From Dehalococcoidia bacterium (lineage in GTDB: Bacteria; Chloroflexota; Dehalococcoidia; Bin125), in assembly GCA_965243125.1 (NCBI GenBank), contig OZ251529.1, positions 2,578,797-2,642,796 of the forward strand: a stretch of DNA of 64,000 nt, read 5' to 3'. Both the position numbers and the translations under genes were made by a program. The notes under the pieces were generated by a model. That model did not search any database, had not been told where the DNA came from, and saw only the letters and a list, made by a program, of their open reading frames with translations. Shown here piece by piece: positions 19,721 through 29,016 of this stretch. Each line of letters begins with the position of its first letter. Position 1 is the stretch's first letter.

Positions 19721-20854
19721 TTACCAGGCCCAGCCGCCGCCGCGCTTGCCGTGGCCGCGCTCCGCGCCCTCGAAACCGCCGCGCCCGTGGCGCATGCCCT
19801 CGAAGCCGTCGTTGACGAAGCCTGCGATCTGCTCGCTGAGCATCGCGCGGATCGCCGCCGCCTTGGCCTCGGTCAGGTCGCCCGACGCCACTTTGGCGTC
19901 CAGCTCCTCGTCCATCCGCGCGACCAGCGTGTCGATCACGGTCTGCGGCGCGACACCGTTGGCTTCCGCGATTTCGGCCAGCGTGTCGCCGGAGGCCAGC
20001 GACTCCATCAGCGTTTGGCAGTCGGCCGCGCCGACCAGCTCCGCCATGCCGTCGCAGTCCTGGGCATCCAGCCCGGCGTGTCCGCGCAGGCCGCGGCCGC
20101 CGCCGAAGCGGCGCTCGTCCATGCTGCGATCGACCCAGCCCGTCGCCTTGTCCGCGATGCCCTCGCGGTAGCGATCGGCCTGCGCCTCGGTCAGCTTGCC
20201 GGCCTCAACAGCGGCGTCGATCTCCGCGTTGATCGCCGCGACGATCCCGTCGATCACCGTCTGCCGCGCAATGCCGTTGGACTCGGCCACTTCGGCCAGC
20301 GACTGCCCGTCGGCCATCGCCGTCTCGAGCGCCGCGCAGTCGGCCGCGCCGACCAACTCCGCCATCCGCGCGCAGTCGTCGGAGTCCGGGCCGCCGTGCC
20401 CGCGCCGTCCGTGGTCGTAGTCGCCGCTAAAGCGCCGCTCGTTCACACTGCGATCGACCCAGCCGGCCGCCCTGTCCGCGATGCCCTCGCGGTAGCGGTC
20501 GGCCTGCGCCGCGGTCAGCTCGCCGTTGGCCACGGCTTCGTCAAGCTCCGCGCCGATCGCCGCAACGATCCCGTCGATCACCGTCTGCCGCGCAACGCCG
20601 TTGGACTCGGCCACGTCGGCGAGCGACTGGCCGTCGGCCATCGCCGTCTCGAGCGCCGCGCAGTCGGCCGCGCCGACCAACTCCGCCATCCGCGTGCAGT
20701 CGTTGTCGTGCCCGCGCCGTCCGTCGCCGTCCCGATCGCCGCCGCCGGGACGCGCGGCGACGATGCTCATCACCGCGATCGCCACGGCGACCGCCGTGAT
20801 CGCCGGCCAGAGCCAGCGTCCCTTCCCTGAAAGTCGGTTTCGCAAGCCAGTCAT
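19721..20854 (-). CDS. Membrane-anchored protein made of three tandem ~108-aa repeats, each with a C-x11-C pair
   Basis: N-terminal TM helix WLWPAITAVAVAIAVMSIVAA. The repeat is C.RMAELVGAADCAALETAMADGQSLA.VAESNG.ARQTVIDGIVAAI.AE.D.AV..G.LT.AQADRYREGIAD.A.GWVDRS..ERRF. The DNA period is 324 bp: gccgcgcagt occurs at 20331 and 20655. Confidence 0.8.
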   Translation of the reverse strand: MTGLRNRLSGKGRWLWPAITAVAVAIAVMSIVAARPGGGDRDGDGRRGHDNDCTRMAELVGAADCAALETAMADGQSLADVAESNGVARQTVIDGIVAAIGAELDEAVANGELTAAQADRYREGIADRAAGWVDRSVNERRFSGDYDHGRRGHGGPDSDDCARMAELVGAADCAALETAMADGQSLAEVAESNGIARQTVIDGIVAAINAEIDAAVEAGKLTEAQADRYREGIADKATGWVDRSMDERRFGGGRGLRGHAGLDAQDCDGMAELVGAADCQTLMESLASGDTLAEIAEANGVAPQTVIDTLVARMDEELDAKVASGDLTEAKAAAIRAMLSEQIAGFVNDGFEGMRHGRGGFEGAERGHGKRGGGWAW

Positions 20855-20977
20855 GATCGTGCTCCTTCTGCTGCCGGGCGGCTCTCCACCGCCCGCATCA
20901 ACAGAGTGCGCCCGCCGTGTAAGAGGCGTACACGCTGCGTGTTGGCAGATCGTGAAGTTCGCGTAATCTCCCGCCGC

Positions 20978-22309
20978 TCACGGAATATCCGGATCGTAGT
21001 CCCGCCCAATCTGCCCCGCCGCCTCCATCGCCGCGATTTCCTCCGCCGAGTAGCCCAGCACCTCGCCGTAGACGTACTCGTTGTCCTCGCCCAGCGCGGC
21101 CGGCGGCTTGAACAGGTCGACGGGCGTGCGCTCGAAGCGGTAGAACGGGCCGTTGAAGCGGAACGGGCCGACGCCGTCGGCCAGCGTGCGCACGTGATTG
21201 AGGCCGCGCGCCTGCACATGCGGATCGTCGAGCACGCGCGGCGCGGCCAACACCGGCGCGGCGGGCACGCCGTGCGACTGAAGCAGGTGGAACAGCTCGT
21301 AGTCGTCGCGCTCTGCCGTCCACGCGCTCAGCTCGCGATCGATCAGTTCCTGCGCCGCGCGCCGACCCTCCGCCGTCTCCAGCTCCGCCGCCGACGCCCA
21401 CAGCGGATCGCCCATCGCCGCGCGCAGGCCGCGCCACTGCGCGTCGTTGAGCACCGTGATCGAGATCCAGCGGTCGCCGCCGTCGCTTGCGTCGCCCCCC
21501 GAACGCGCCGGATAGACGCCGTGCGGGACATCGCCGTCCAGCGACGCATTGCCGCGCCGCTCCTGCACGACGCCGTTCAGCGCGTAATCCATGAACGCCT
21601 GCGCCAACATCCCGCCCGCGCATTCGGCCTGCGCCATCTCGATGAACTGCCCCTCGCCCGTCCGTCGCCGATGCCGCAGCGCCGCCATGATTGCGAACGC
21701 GCCGTGCGCGCCCGCCACGTAATCGCCGGAAAAGATCGCCGTGATGTGGGACGGATCCAGATCCGGGTAGCCGCGCAGCATCGTGTGCCCCATCACGCTT
21801 TCAAGGTGTACGCCCAGCGCGCGCGCCTCGCGGTAGGGCCCGCTCTGCCCGTAGGCCGGCATGCGCAGCGCGATCAGGTCGGGGCGGCGCGCGCGCAGGA
21901 AATCGGGGCCGATCCCGAGCTTTTCCAGCGTGCCCGCGGCGTTGTTTTCGACCAGTGCGTCGGAACGCTCGACCAGCCGGCCGAACGCCTCGCGCCCCGC
22001 CGCGCTAAGCAGATCGATCGTGACCGAATACTTGTTACGAAACATCTGCACAAAGGTCGGCGGGTAGTTCCAGGGGCGCTCGCCCGGCACGCCGTAAGGG
22101 TAGCCGGTCGCCCAGCCCGCGCCGGCCGCAATCGCGGCGGCCGGCGGACGCGCCACGGCGCCCCGCGTCATCGGCTGCCAGACGTGAACGTTCTCGACCT
22201 TGATCACCTCCGCGCCCAGGTCCGCGAGCAGCGTGGCCGCGAACGTGCCGGCCCAGACGACCGTTAGATCAATCACCCGCACGCCGTCCAACGGCTTGAC
22301 CGGACTCAT
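20978..22309 (-). CDS. Family III CoA-transferase (CaiB/BaiF type)
   Basis: Start set at ATG 22309 (MSPVKPLDGVRVIDLTVVWAGTFAATLLADLGAEVIKVE, the classic family III N-terminus). ATGA overlap with the upstream paralog. Confidence 0.88.
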   Translation of the reverse strand: MSPVKPLDGVRVIDLTVVWAGTFAATLLADLGAEVIKVENVHVWQPMTRGAVARPPAAAIAAGAGWATGYPYGVPGERPWNYPPTFVQMFRNKYSVTIDLLSAAGREAFGRLVERSDALVENNAAGTLEKLGIGPDFLRARRPDLIALRMPAYGQSGPYREARALGVHLESVMGHTMLRGYPDLDPSHITAIFSGDYVAGAHGAFAIMAALRHRRRTGEGQFIEMAQAECAGGMLAQAFMDYALNGVVQERRGNASLDGDVPHGVYPARSGGDASDGGDRWISITVLNDAQWRGLRAAMGDPLWASAAELETAEGRRAAQELIDRELSAWTAERDDYELFHLLQSHGVPAAPVLAAPRVLDDPHVQARGLNHVRTLADGVGPFRFNGPFYRFERTPVDLFKPPAALGEDNEYVYGEVLGYSAEEIAAMEAAGQIGRDYDPDIP

Positions 22310-23514
22310 GAGACCACTCCCGCCTCGCGCAGCGCGGCGATCTCCGACGCGCCGTAACCGCTTTCGCCCAGCACTTCGTCGGTGTGCTCGCCCAGACGCG
22401 GCGCGCCCCGCCGCAGCAACCACGGCGAAGCCGGCATCGTGAACGGACGTCCCGGCAGCTCAAAGCTCCCCAGATCGGCGTGCTCCGCGCGCTGCCAGAA
22501 GCCGCGCTCGCGGAAATGCTCGTCGGCGAACAGCTCATCCACCGTCAGCAGCGGCGCGCAGAGCACCTTCGCCCGCCGCGCCGCCTCCCAGACCTCCCGC
22601 TTGCCGCGCGCCAACAGCCAGGGCAGCATCTGGGCGTTGAACTCCTCGACCAGCTCCGGTTGCAGCGCCGCGCGCGGGTCGCGCCACTTGGCGTCCTGCG
22701 CCCATTCCGCGCCGTCGAGCATCTCCACCAGACGATCCCAGCGCAGCGCGGCGCCCGAAAACTCCACATAGCCGTCGGCGCAGGGATAGACGCCCGCCAG
22801 AATGCCCGCCGCCGGCCCCGGCGCGCGCAGCGATTGCCGTTGCGCGAACTCCCAGCCGATCGTCGTCGCGTGGCGGCGGTCCACCCCGTTGAACTGCGCG
22901 TCGGCCAGCGCGAAATCTACCCGTTGGCCGATGCCCTGTAGTTCCGAGACCGTGACCGCCGCCAGCAATGCCGTCGCCGCCGCCGCGCCGCACTCCACCA
23001 GCGCCGCCGTGCCGTACATTTTCACCGGCGCGCGATCCTGCGTCCCAATCGTGTACATCTCGCCCGCGAAGCCGTACAGCGTCAAATCCGACAGCGCATA
23101 GTCCCGATACGGGCTCTCCAACCCAAACGGCGTGATCGAGATCAGCGACACCGCCGGCTTGCGCGCGTGAATTCGCTCCCAGCCCAGCCCCAGCGCATCC
23201 AGCCGCCCGGGCGGCCCTGTCTCCACCGCCACATCGCACCAGTCCACCAGCCGGTCGAACACCTCGCCCGCCCCGCCCGTCGCCAGGTCCAGCACGACGC
23301 CGCGCTTGTTGGTGTTGAACCAGAAGAACGTGCCGGAGCGCTCGGGCCCGGGCACGCCGTCCTTGAACGGTCCCTGCCGCCGCAGCGCCTCCCCGCCCGG
23401 CGGCTCAACCTTGACCACCTCCGCCCCAAAGTCGGCGAACAGCTTGGTCGCGTAAGCCCCGGCGATTCCCTCGCCGAGGTCCAACACGCGGATGCCGTCG
23501 AGCGCGGTAGGCAT
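22306..23514 (-). CDS. Family III CoA-transferase (CaiB/BaiF type)
   Basis: Start set at ATG 23514 (MPTALDGIRVLDLGEGIAGAYATKLFADFGAEVVKVEPP). The 177 codons upstream in the track ORF are Arg-rich shadow. Confidence 0.88.
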   Translation of the reverse strand: MPTALDGIRVLDLGEGIAGAYATKLFADFGAEVVKVEPPGGEALRRQGPFKDGVPGPERSGTFFWFNTNKRGVVLDLATGGAGEVFDRLVDWCDVAVETGPPGRLDALGLGWERIHARKPAVSLISITPFGLESPYRDYALSDLTLYGFAGEMYTIGTQDRAPVKMYGTAALVECGAAAATALLAAVTVSELQGIGQRVDFALADAQFNGVDRRHATTIGWEFAQRQSLRAPGPAAGILAGVYPCADGYVEFSGAALRWDRLVEMLDGAEWAQDAKWRDPRAALQPELVEEFNAQMLPWLLARGKREVWEAARRAKVLCAPLLTVDELFADEHFRERGFWQRAEHADLGSFELPGRPFTMPASPWLLRRGAPRLGEHTDEVLGESGYGASEIAALREAGVVS

Positions 23515-23540
23515 TGGCGGAGTGTAGGGCGAAACGGCGG

Positions 23541-23783
23541 CTACGATTCGGAGTCGCCGTCGTCGGCGGGCGGGCGCCAGGCGGCGGGATCGGGAATCAG
23601 CCGATCGACGATCGCCATCATTCCCAGGAACGGGAGAAACCCCAGCGCGGTGCCGAGCGCCCACCACCACTCCGCGCCGACCAGCGCGAGCACGCAGCCG
23701 CTCACGGTGAGGCCCATGCCGAGGATCGAGATCACGCGCAGCACCACCGCGATCGGTGGAATGCGCGGCTGCTGAAGGCTCAC
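23541..23783 (-). CDS. Hypothetical small membrane protein (2 TM)
   Basis: 80 aa, with IAVVLRVISILGMGLTVSGCVLALVGA and WWWALGTALGFLPFLGMMAIV and an acidic tail. It fits the gap between neighbouring genes. Confidence 0.5.
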   Translation of the reverse strand: MSLQQPRIPPIAVVLRVISILGMGLTVSGCVLALVGAEWWWALGTALGFLPFLGMMAIVDRLIPDPAAWRPPADDGDSES

Positions 23784-23797
23784 GACGACCGACTCCG

Positions 23798-24310
23798 CTA
23801 GCTCTCGCTGATCGTGACTGTCTTGATCGCCGGGCCGGGTTCGCGGGCGCGATCCGGATCGCGCGCGGGCAGGCCGTGGACGACATCCATGCCGGCCGTG
23901 ACGCGCCCGAAGACGGTGTAGTCGTCGTCGAGGAACGGCGTCGGCTCGAAGGTGATGTAGAACTGGCTGCCGGCCGAGTTGGGCGCGGCCGTCTTGGCCA
24001 TCGCCACCGTGCCCTCGGTGTTGTGCTTGTTGGCGTTGACCTCATCGGGGATGTTGTAGCCGGGTCCGCCGGTACCGCGCCCGGTCGGGTCGCCGCCCTG
24101 CGCCATGAAGCCCTTGATGATGCGGTGGAAGGTGACGCCGTCGTAGTAGCCGTCGCGCGCCAGGAAGACGAACGAGTTGACCGTCTCCGGCGCGTCGGCC
24201 GCGTACAGCTCGATATCGATCGAGCCGCCGGCCTCCAGCTCGATCGTCGCCTGGTAGTTCACGCCGTCTTGCAGCGCCATCGCTGGGCGCTGCGCGTAGC
24301 TCTTGGCCAT
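23798..24310 (-). CDS. ppiB: Cyclophilin-type peptidyl-prolyl cis-trans isomerase
   Basis: It has FHRIIKGFMAQGGDPTGRGTGGPGY and GTVAMAK....NSAGSQFYI, the cyclophilin signatures. Confidence 0.92.
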   Translation of the reverse strand: MAKSYAQRPAMALQDGVNYQATIELEAGGSIDIELYAADAPETVNSFVFLARDGYYDGVTFHRIIKGFMAQGGDPTGRGTGGPGYNIPDEVNANKHNTEGTVAMAKTAAPNSAGSQFYITFEPTPFLDDDYTVFGRVTAGMDVVHGLPARDPDRAREPGPAIKTVTISES

Positions 24311-24315
24311 TCCGG

Positions 24316-25146
24316 TTACTCCTCTGCGTCTGTCGCGGGCGCAGCCCGCTCGATCTTGATCGACACGATTGTCGGCCCGGCCGGGTCCGGCGGTTGGGCG
24401 GCGGGATCGCGCTCCGCAAACTCGTCGAGCAGTTCCATGCCCGAGGTGACTGCTCCGAACGCGGTGAAGCTCTGCTCGTCGAGGAAACCGGCGGGCGCGA
24501 GGGTGATGAAGAACTGCGAAGATGAAGCGCCGAGGCCGCTGCGCGCCATCGAGATCACCCCTCGCGCGTCGAGTGTGAGCTGCGCCGCCGCGTCGGCGGC
24601 GACCTGCTCATCGGGCAGGGTATAGCCCGCGCCGCCGGTGCCCGTCGCCGTGGGGTCGCCCGCCTGCGCCACGAACTCCGGCACGACCCGGTGGAAGGTC
24701 AGGTCGTCGTAGAAGCCCTGCTCGGCGAGGAAGACGAAGTTATTCACGTGGATCGGCGCGTCGTCCTCAAAGAGGTCGATCTCCACGACGCCGTTCTCCA
24801 GCTCGATCACGGCGCGGTAATCCGCGCCTTCTTCCAGCGCCATCACCGGCGCGCCGCTGAACTGCGGCTTGCCCTCGACGGCGCCCGTCTCGACCGGCTC
24901 GGTGACGGTGCGGCGCACCGGCGGCGGCGTGTTGGGGTTGACGGTCGGTCCGCTACCCACGGTGGCGACCAGCCCGCCGACGAGCGCGATGATCGCCACG
25001 ACGCCGAAGCCGATCAGCAGCCAGCGATTGCGGAAGATCGAACGACCACCGCCGCCCCCGCGGTCAAAGCCGCGCGTCTCCGCCCGGCGGCGTGCCAGCC
25101 GCTGCGGGCGCGTGCGGGCGCTGCGTCCTCCACCCCTTGACGACAA
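24316..25146 (-). CDS. Cyclophilin-type PPIase with N-terminal basic region and TM anchor
   Basis: TM helix WLLIGFGVVAIIALVGGLVATV followed by FHRVVPEFVAQAGDPTATGTGGAGY and GVISMAR...SSSQFFI. Confidence 0.9.
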   Translation of the reverse strand: MSSRGGGRSARTRPQRLARRRAETRGFDRGGGGGRSIFRNRWLLIGFGVVAIIALVGGLVATVGSGPTVNPNTPPPVRRTVTEPVETGAVEGKPQFSGAPVMALEEGADYRAVIELENGVVEIDLFEDDAPIHVNNFVFLAEQGFYDDLTFHRVVPEFVAQAGDPTATGTGGAGYTLPDEQVAADAAAQLTLDARGVISMARSGLGASSSQFFITLAPAGFLDEQSFTAFGAVTSGMELLDEFAERDPAAQPPDPAGPTIVSIKIERAAPATDAEE

Positions 25147-25261
25147 CTCGCGCTCCCTGCCCGCCGCATTTCGCTGTGCTCGCTGTACGGCTACAGGCTA
25201 TCACCGCCGCGCCTAGAATCAGCGCGAGGAACGCGGAGGCGACGCGGAAAGGACGCGCAGG

Positions 25262-25873
25262 TTGCAGTTTCGAGCGAGAGACGAGGCGCAGATCGCAACG
25301 GGCGAGGTGACGCTCACGTTCCGCCGCTGGCGCAGCCCGCAGGCGCGCGTCGGCGGGCGCTACCGCGTCGGCGGCGGCGCGGTGGAGGTGGAGGAAGTGC
25401 GCACAATTGCGCCGGCTGAGATCACCATGTCGGACGCGCAGGCGGCGGGGCACAACTCGCCCGCCGAGGCGCTGGCGGAGATCGAGCGGCAGCGGCGGCG
25501 CGGGGCTGATCACGATGCGCCGCTCTACCGCGTCGCGTTTCGCTACGCGGGCGCGCACATTGATCCGCGCACACGGCTAGCGGCAGACGACGCGCTCGGC
25601 GGTGAAGAAGTGGATGATCTGGTTGGGCGGCTGGACAAGATGGATGCTCGCTCGCAGCGGGGTGCATGGACGCGCACGACACTGGCGGCGATCGCGGCGC
25701 AGCCGGGGCGTCGGGCAGGCGATCTGGCGGCGGCGGTCGGCTGCGAGACGGCGAAGTACAAGGCGGATGTGCGTAAGCTCAAAGCGTTGGGGCTGACGAT
25801 CAGCCTGGAGGTGGGCTACCAACTCTCGCCGCGCGGCGAGGCGCTGCTGGCGGCGCTGGAGGAGCGGTCATGA
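25262..25873 (+). CDS. Hypothetical protein, ASCH/PUA-like N-terminal domain plus probable winged-helix C-terminus
   Basis: 203 aa with a TTG start. EVTLTFRRWRSPQARVGGRYRVG..VEVEEV resembles ASCH domains. This is a weak call made by eye. Confidence 0.5.
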   Translation: MQFRARDEAQIATGEVTLTFRRWRSPQARVGGRYRVGGGAVEVEEVRTIAPAEITMSDAQAAGHNSPAEALAEIERQRRRGADHDAPLYRVAFRYAGAHIDPRTRLAADDALGGEEVDDLVGRLDKMDARSQRGAWTRTTLAAIAAQPGRRAGDLAAAVGCETAKYKADVRKLKALGLTISLEVGYQLSPRGEALLAALEERS

Positions 25874-26691
25874 GCGAGGCGACGGAGCGCTACGCCGAAA
25901 TGGTGCGGGCCCGCGAGCGGCAGAAGGCGGAGCTGGCGACACCGCTCACCGAGGAGCGCTGGGCTGAGTACGCGCCCACCTACCGTTTCGACCCCCGCCG
26001 CGAGCCGGAACCGCAGCTGGCGGCCGTGATCAGGCTGCTGGAGTCGGACGACGAGATCATCGAGGTCGGCGGCGGCGCGGGGCGAATCGGCCTACCCTTG
26101 GCGCTGCGGGCGCGCTCGCTGATCAACGTGGAGCCCTCGGCGGGTATGCGCGAGCAGTTCGACATCTGCGTCGCGGAGCATGGGATCGAGAACGCGCGCG
26201 CGCTGGCGAGCGTCTGGCCGCCCGCGGAGCCCATGCAAGCGGACCTGGTGGTGAGCGCCGACGTGACCTATTTCGTGGCGGAGATCGAGCCGTTTCTGCT
26301 GGCGCTGGACCGCGCCGCGCGGCGGCGCGTCGCGCTGCTGACCTGGACCGTGCCGCCGCCCAACGTGAACGCGCCGCTCTTCCGGCTCGCCTTCGGCGTT
26401 AACGAGGCGCCCGCGCCGAGCTTCCGCGAACTGCTGCCGATCCTGTGGGAAAACGGCATCATCCCTGACGTGCGCGTGGTGGACGAGTGGTTCACCTGGC
26501 CGGAGCGGCTGCCAACGGATGAGGCCTCGGCGATTGAGTTCGCGCTGGCCGAGCTGGAGCCGCGCGACGAGCCGGCCGCCCGCCGCCAGGTGGCTGCGCG
26601 TTTGGACGAGCTGTACGAGCGCGGCGCGAGCTGGGAGCCGACTTGGCGCACCCCATCGCAGGCAATGCTGATTACGTGGCCGACGGGTTAG
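25870..26691 (+). CDS. Class I SAM-dependent methyltransferase
   Basis: It has the motif I-like segment IIEVGGGAGRIGLPLA. ATGA overlap with the upstream ORF. Confidence 0.7.
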   Translation: MSEATERYAEMVRARERQKAELATPLTEERWAEYAPTYRFDPRREPEPQLAAVIRLLESDDEIIEVGGGAGRIGLPLALRARSLINVEPSAGMREQFDICVAEHGIENARALASVWPPAEPMQADLVVSADVTYFVAEIEPFLLALDRAARRRVALLTWTVPPPNVNAPLFRLAFGVNEAPAPSFRELLPILWENGIIPDVRVVDEWFTWPERLPTDEASAIEFALAELEPRDEPAARRQVAARLDELYERGASWEPTWRTPSQAMLITWPTG

Positions 26692-27097
26692 GCAAGACGT
26701 CGCGGGCGGCGACGATGGCTTGGGCCGCGCCCGTGATCGCCGGCATCAGCGCGGCGATTTGGGCTTCGTTGAGCGCGTCGGCGACGGACTGGTAGCCGGC
26801 GCGCGCCAGCATCGGGCGCAGGCGGCCTCGCTCGAAGCAGTTGAGCGTCCACTCCAGCGCATCGCCGGCTGCGGTCAGGTCCAACATCAGCCGTTCGTCG
26901 TCGGCCTGCGGGCCGTAGTGGTAGTGCGGGGCGACGCGGAAGCAGTCGAAACGCAGCAGCTCGGTGTCATCGCCGTCCACTTCGCCGCGCACCTCAATGC
27001 AGAGGCCATCGTCGCCGGCGATGTCGTCCCGGTAGCGCATCGCAAACGTCACCCCGCCCGCTTCGATCCGCGCTCGCGCCTCGGTTGCGTCGTTCAT
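26672..27097 (-). CDS. Hypothetical protein (141 aa)
   Basis: Balanced composition (MNDATEARARIEAGGVTFAMRYRDDIAGDDGLCIEVRGEV...), convergent with the methyltransferase. No recognisable motif. Confidence 0.5.
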   Translation of the reverse strand: MNDATEARARIEAGGVTFAMRYRDDIAGDDGLCIEVRGEVDGDDTELLRFDCFRVAPHYHYGPQADDERLMLDLTAAGDALEWTLNCFERGRLRPMLARAGYQSVADALNEAQIAALMPAITGAAQAIVAARDVLPNPSAT

Positions 27098-27171
27098 GCT
27101 TCACCTCCAGCCGCGGCCCGGCGTTCGGGCGCTAGCGGGAAGGTAGCGAATTCGGCGCGGCGATGGGTAGG

Positions 27172-27246
27172 TGGTACCCCCGGTAGGATTCGAACCTACG
27201 CTCCCGGCTCCGGAGGCCGGTGCTCTATCCCCTGAGCTACGGGGGC
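27172..27246 (-). tRNA. tRNA-Arg (anticodon CCG), CCA encoded
   Basis: Reverse strand reads GCCCCCGTAGCTCAGGGGATAGAGCACCGGCCTCCGGAGCCGGGAGCGTAGGTTCGAATCCTACCGGGGGTACCA. It folds by hand into a cloverleaf: 7-bp acceptor, D arm GCTC/GAGC, anticodon stem CCGGC/GCCGG with loop CTCCGGA, T arm GTAGG/CCTAC with loop TTCGAAT. Confidence 0.93.
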
Positions 27247-27292
27247 GGGACCGCCAGCTTAACACCCCCGCAACGGCATGGCGGCGCGGCAG

Positions 27293-28930
27293 CTACACGG
27301 CGTAGAGCAGATCGCCGTCGACGTAGGTCTGCTGGACCTGGATGTCGTTGATGGCGTCGGGCTCGACGAGCGACGGATCGTGGCTGAGCACGACCAGATC
27401 GGCACGCTTGCCGACCTCGATCGAGCCCACCTCGTGCTCTCGGAACATCGCGGCGGCGGAGTTAAGCGTGTAGGTGCGCAGCGCTTCGAGCGGCGAGACA
27501 GCCTGCTCCTCGGCAACCAGACTGCCATCGCGGGCGCGGCGCGAGACCAGCGCGGCAAGGCCAAGCAACGGCTCGACCGGCGCGCAGGGGAAGTCGGAGC
27601 CGGAAGCGACCATCGCGCCGGCGTCGAGCATCTCGCGGTAGGGAATCGGGCGAGCGTCGATGCCGGCGGCGGCGATCCGCGTCTCGAAGAAATTGCCGAC
27701 GGCGTGCAGGAACGGCGGCTGGTGGGAGATGATCACGCCGAGCGAGCGGGCGCGCTCGATCTGCTCCGCCGAGCCCAGCGAGAAGTGCTCGATGCGGTAA
27801 CGGGGGTCGTCGCGCGGGACCTCGCGGAGGGCGCGCTCGAAGGCGTTGAGGCCCTGCTCGACGGCGCGGTTGCCGATGCAGTGGATCGCAACCTGGAGAT
27901 TGTGCGACGCAGCATCGAGCACGAGGTGGTCGACCTCCTCCTGCCCGTAGTAGGGCGCGCCGACATCCTCCGTCGCGCCGTCGGCGTGGCAGATGGTCAT
28001 CGCAGGGCTGGGCCAGACCGGATCCATGAAGATCTTGACGATGCCGCCGCGCAGCCGATCCGACACATCGTCCTCAAGGAACGCGCCGCCCGCGGCGTCC
28101 TCCGGCGCGGCGAAGAAGCTCGGACCGCCGCGCATCTGGTGAATGACGATCGGCAGCTTGCCGCGCTCGTCGGTCAGGCGGTAAATCTCGGCGCTCTCCG
28201 GCATGACCAGCGCGTCGCCCACGCTGGTAATGCCGTGCGAGAGGTGGCGCTGCGCGTTCTGCTGCACCAGGTCGGCCACGGCGTCGGGCCCGAAGGTGTC
28301 GACATGGCTGCGCATCGAGGCGTGATGTACGCGGTCCATGGCGCGTTCCCAGAGCACGCCGTTCGGCTCGCCGCGTTGATCGCGCCGAATTTCGCCGCCG
28401 GGCGGATTCGGCGTGTCGCGGTCAATCCCCACCACCGCGAGCGCGGCCGAGTTGGCGTAGCAGGCGTGATAGGAGGAGTCCATCACGCAGACCGGATTGC
28501 GCGACGCGGCCTCGTCCAGCTCGCCGCGCAGCAGCGCGGCGCTGTCATCGGCCTCGAACGGGTCGCCGCCGGTTTCCAGCGTGCGGGTGGTGAAACCGAG
28601 CCCCCAAATCCACTGACCTTCGGGGGCACCGTCGGCGGCGGCGGCGAGCGCGTCGAGCACGGCCTGTTTGCCGGCCAGCGGCGGCGTGCGACAGTCGACC
28701 GAGCGCGGCTCGAACGTGGTCATCGAGAAGTGGTTGTGCGGATCGCAGAAGCCGGGGATCAGCGCGCGCCCGCGCAGCGGCACGTGGGTCGCGTCGGGGC
28801 CGACCGCGCGGCGCACCTCATCGCTGTCGCCGACGGCGACGATCCGCCCGTCGCGCACCGCCGCGCCCGACGCAACGCGGTCCAGCGCGTCCATCGTCAG
28901 CACCCGCCCGCCGGTGAACAACACTTCCAT
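27293..28930 (-). CDS. Amidohydrolase family metal-dependent hydrolase (Amidohydro_3 / YtcJ-like)
   Basis: Start set at ATG 28930 (MEVLFTGGRVLTMDA). It has LIPGFCDPHNHF (HxH metal site), AIHCIGNRAV and GSDFP. Confidence 0.85.
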   Translation of the reverse strand: MEVLFTGGRVLTMDALDRVASGAAVRDGRIVAVGDSDEVRRAVGPDATHVPLRGRALIPGFCDPHNHFSMTTFEPRSVDCRTPPLAGKQAVLDALAAAADGAPEGQWIWGLGFTTRTLETGGDPFEADDSAALLRGELDEAASRNPVCVMDSSYHACYANSAALAVVGIDRDTPNPPGGEIRRDQRGEPNGVLWERAMDRVHHASMRSHVDTFGPDAVADLVQQNAQRHLSHGITSVGDALVMPESAEIYRLTDERGKLPIVIHQMRGGPSFFAAPEDAAGGAFLEDDVSDRLRGGIVKIFMDPVWPSPAMTICHADGATEDVGAPYYGQEEVDHLVLDAASHNLQVAIHCIGNRAVEQGLNAFERALREVPRDDPRYRIEHFSLGSAEQIERARSLGVIISHQPPFLHAVGNFFETRIAAAGIDARPIPYREMLDAGAMVASGSDFPCAPVEPLLGLAALVSRRARDGSLVAEEQAVSPLEALRTYTLNSAAAMFREHEVGSIEVGKRADLVVLSHDPSLVEPDAINDIQVQQTYVDGDLLYAV

Positions 28931-29016
28931 GTTCGCGCCTCCGTGCATCAAGCCGTGCGTCGCGCGCAGGCTACCCATTCGCCGACGGGCGTGTGCGGCG
29001 CGCCGGTTGATGCGCA

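Noticed and set aside
17612-20830. 1072-aa plus-strand ORF spanning the two-component region
   Set aside because: It is antisense to three well-supported genes (kinase, regulator, repeat protein) and has Arg/Ala/Gly-dominated low-information sequence.
27098-27292. Genomic island integrated at tRNA-Arg
   Set aside because: There is no integrase, no direct repeat of the tRNA 3' end, and no compositional break next to the tRNA. The flanking genes look like ordinary metabolic genes.
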